Positions 21,015 through 22,969 of a stretch of DNA of 22,969 nt are shown here, piece after piece. A program made the position numbers and the translations under genes. This DNA is from Candidatus Rifleibacteriota bacterium (GTDB lineage: Bacteria > Muiribacteriota > Ozemobacteria > Ozemobacterales > Ozemobacteraceae). The notes beneath the pieces were generated by a model. That model searched no databases. It saw only the letters and a program-made list of their open reading frames with translations, and had not been told where the DNA came from. Position 1 is the first letter of the stretch. Each line of letters begins with the position of its first letter. The stretch lies in NCBI GenBank assembly GCA_051747585.1, contig JBNJGH010000052.1:1-22969 (forward strand). The letters are read 5' to 3'.

Positions 21015-21108
21015 CCCCCCCCGATTTTCTCACCAATCCTCGGTAAAGCTTTATCAGCTGGTTTCCAACACCATTTGTTTATCACTCTCCGTCGACCAGG
21101 AAAATTTC

Positions 21109-21300
21109 ACCACGGAGCTGTTTTCCCATCTTTTTCAACCATGGATTGTCCTTGCGGACAATCAGCCGGCGGTTTCACCGTCCGGCTTTCAGAACAACAT
21201 CAAGCCCTCAGAAAAGCACCAGTGTTTTTCTGAGGGCTTGATGTTGTTCTGAACACTGGTTGAAAAAGATCCTCTGTGATGCTCTGAGTGCTCTGTGGTT
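21109..21300 (+). mobile_element. modular palindromic element copy 3 (left flank reduced to one heptamer)
   Basis: ACCACGGAG left flank. Closing stem 21128-21141/21257-21270, hairpin 21144-21163, GC hairpin 21164-21187, palindrome 21188-21253 (32-2-32), right flank CTCTGTG/CTCTGAG/CTCTGTG-GTT. Confidence 0.8.
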
Positions 21301-21380
21301 ATTATTTTTTTGGCTTAATTTGATTTAATTACAAAAATTTTGGGGTTGTTTGTTTTTTTTAAAAGTTTTAAATTAGGGTA

Positions 21381-22028
21381 ATGGAAATTTCAGACCACTA
21401 CTTTTATGAAAATCAGGCGCGAAATAATGGCTACAAGCTTATAGCCGGCGGAGACGAAGCCGGCAGAGGCCCCTGGGCCGGCCCTGTTTTTGCGGCAATG
21501 GTAATTCTGCCCGATGATCATCGTATCGAAGGCCTGAACGACTCAAAAAAGCTGAGCAAAAAAAAGCGCAAACAGCTTTATTCTCAAATCGTCGACCATG
21601 CCCGGGCGATCTCAATCGGAACCGCAAGCGCCGAAGAAATCGATAATATTAACATTTTGCAGGCTACCCGCCTCGCCTTTCAACGAGCATTTACCAATCT
21701 CTGTCATAAACCCGATTACCTCTTACTCGACTATATCAAACTGCCCTGGCTGCAACTGCCTCATCAGGCATTTGCCAAAGGCGAATCAGTAAGCGCATCG
21801 GTCGCAGCAGCATCAATTGTCGCCAAAGAAGCCAGAGATGAGTTCATGCTCAAACTTGCAGACCAGTTTCCCGGCTACGGCTTCGAAAAACACATGGGTT
21901 ACGGCACCGCGGCCCATAAAAAAGCTCTCGAAACCCTTGGACCATGCCATATCCACCGTAAAAGTTTTAAACCGATAAAAAAACTCCTGCCAGACAAGCC
22001 TCAGTATGAAACTCTCTTCGACTTTTAA
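21381..22028 (+). CDS. rnhB: ribonuclease HII
   Basis: GGDEAGRGPWAGPV, LNDSKKL, NILQAT, AAASIVAK, HMGYGT, HRKSF. Confidence 0.96.
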   Translation: MEISDHYFYENQARNNGYKLIAGGDEAGRGPWAGPVFAAMVILPDDHRIEGLNDSKKLSKKKRKQLYSQIVDHARAISIGTASAEEIDNINILQATRLAFQRAFTNLCHKPDYLLLDYIKLPWLQLPHQAFAKGESVSASVAAASIVAKEARDEFMLKLADQFPGYGFEKHMGYGTAAHKKALETLGPCHIHRKSFKPIKKLLPDKPQYETLFDF

Positions 22029-22969
22029 CCCGCAGGCCTCTGCCAATCTAATAGCCAGTTCAGAGGGCAAGTCTCTGCTCATGATTAATGGCAGACCGGT
22101 GCAAATCAACCAGAATGCCGCCGCACAGGGAAAAAGCCTGAATAATCCTTCTGCAAATAACACAAATTTATCGGCCGAAAACGCCCCCGAACTCAAACCC
22201 GCTCAACTATTGAATAAAGCCGGCCTCCCTCAGACAGAAACCAATCTAAAATTAATTTCTGCTCTCAGAGAATTTGGTATTGCACCTAATCCGCATAATA
22301 TAAAAAAAGCAGCTTTAATTGCGGCAAAAATTCCCGACTTTGCTACTGACCAACTCAATTTAAAAACCCTGGCGCTGATTCTCCAAAAAAATCTTTCAGC
22401 CTCGAGCGCTTCACTGGTCAAAAAATATCTGACCGGTGAGCTCAGTTTCGCTCGACTTCTTGAGCTATCGCCGCCTGAGCTGATCAATACCCTTAAAAAA
22501 GACTGGAACTTTGCCAAAGTCATCAATAAAATAAAATTATTACTGCAACAACAAGACGGCAGCCAGCCCGGCGATTCTTTAAAAAATAAAAAATTCGGCA
22601 ATACAATCGTGTCTAATCTCCAACTTCAGGAGATTCTCAGTCAACAACAAGGTCCGGACGAGGAAACCAGACTCTATTTTCAATGGCCCCTGTTCTGGAA
22701 CGACCAGGATCTACCCGACACCCTCGAAGGCGAAGCCTACTTTTTTGAAGACAAGGATCGCAACCAGGGATTCTGCCTGAGAATGCTGGTTGAGCCTGAT
22801 TCTCTCGGCCAGATCGAAGTTGCAATGAACTATATGGATTCAGAGCTATGGGTTCATTTCGGCACACAGCAAGAAAGCCTGGATGATATTAAATCCATTT
22901 TTTCCGCCCTCAAAGCAGGTCTGCAGAAAGCCGGCTTCAACAAAGTTCGTTTAACCGCCGGCCTTATTC
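22006..22969 (+). CDS. YlqG/FliK-like protein, runs off the window end (absent from the ORF track)
   Basis: My translation from ATG 22006 (MKLSSTFNPQ...) is open to the end of the window. Late segment LYFQWPLF...LRMLVEPDSLGQIEVAM...LWVHF...LKAGLQKAGF resembles the FliK C-terminal domain. Position matches the Bacillus subtilis rnhB-ylqG-ylqH order. Confidence 0.7.
   Translation, partial: MKLSSTFNPQASANLIASSEGKSLLMINGRPVQINQNAAAQGKSLNNPSANNTNLSAENAPELKPAQLLNKAGLPQTETNLKLISALREFGIAPNPHNIKKAALIAAKIPDFATDQLNLKTLALILQKNLSASSASLVKKYLTGELSFARLLELSPPELINTLKKDWNFAKVINKIKLLLQQQDGSQPGDSLKNKKFGNTIVSNLQLQEILSQQQGPDEETRLYFQWPLFWNDQDLPDTLEGEAYFFEDKDRNQGFCLRMLVEPDSLGQIEVAMNYMDSELWVHFGTQQESLDDIKSIFSALKAGLQKAGFNKVRLTAGLI

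Noticed and set aside
21109..21300. tRNA, riboswitch or plain intrinsic terminator
   Set aside because: No tRNA D/T-loop consensus, stems are far too long, and copies sit in convergent, divergent and tandem contexts in both orientations. Incidental termination is still possible.

Overview
Bacterial chromosomal window made mostly of housekeeping and metabolic genes. In order: 3' end of polA, an alpha/beta hydrolase, a cstA pseudogene broken by deletions, a tightly coupled run of glycogen-debranching enzyme + complete F1Fo ATP synthase operon (atpZ/I-B-E-F-H-A-G-D-C) + GH13 enzyme + yjbQ, a minus-strand pair (SLBB-repeat polysaccharide export protein, ATP-cone/nucleoside kinase), three secreted or membrane proteins, rnhB and a truncated YlqG/FliK-like gene. 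The most unusual signal is non-coding: three dispersed copies (1294-1560, 18307-18518, 21109-21300) of a modular element with fixed geometry. Each has CACnGAG-type inverted flanks, a covarying closing stem, a conserved GC hairpin and a 66-bp palindrome (TT + 18 variable nt + conserved TCAGAAAAGCAC-NN-GTG centre). The 18-nt segment differs between copies but is always mirrored perfectly. No enzyme for this element is encoded in the window, so its mechanism is inference. All calls come from reading motifs by eye; no searches were run.
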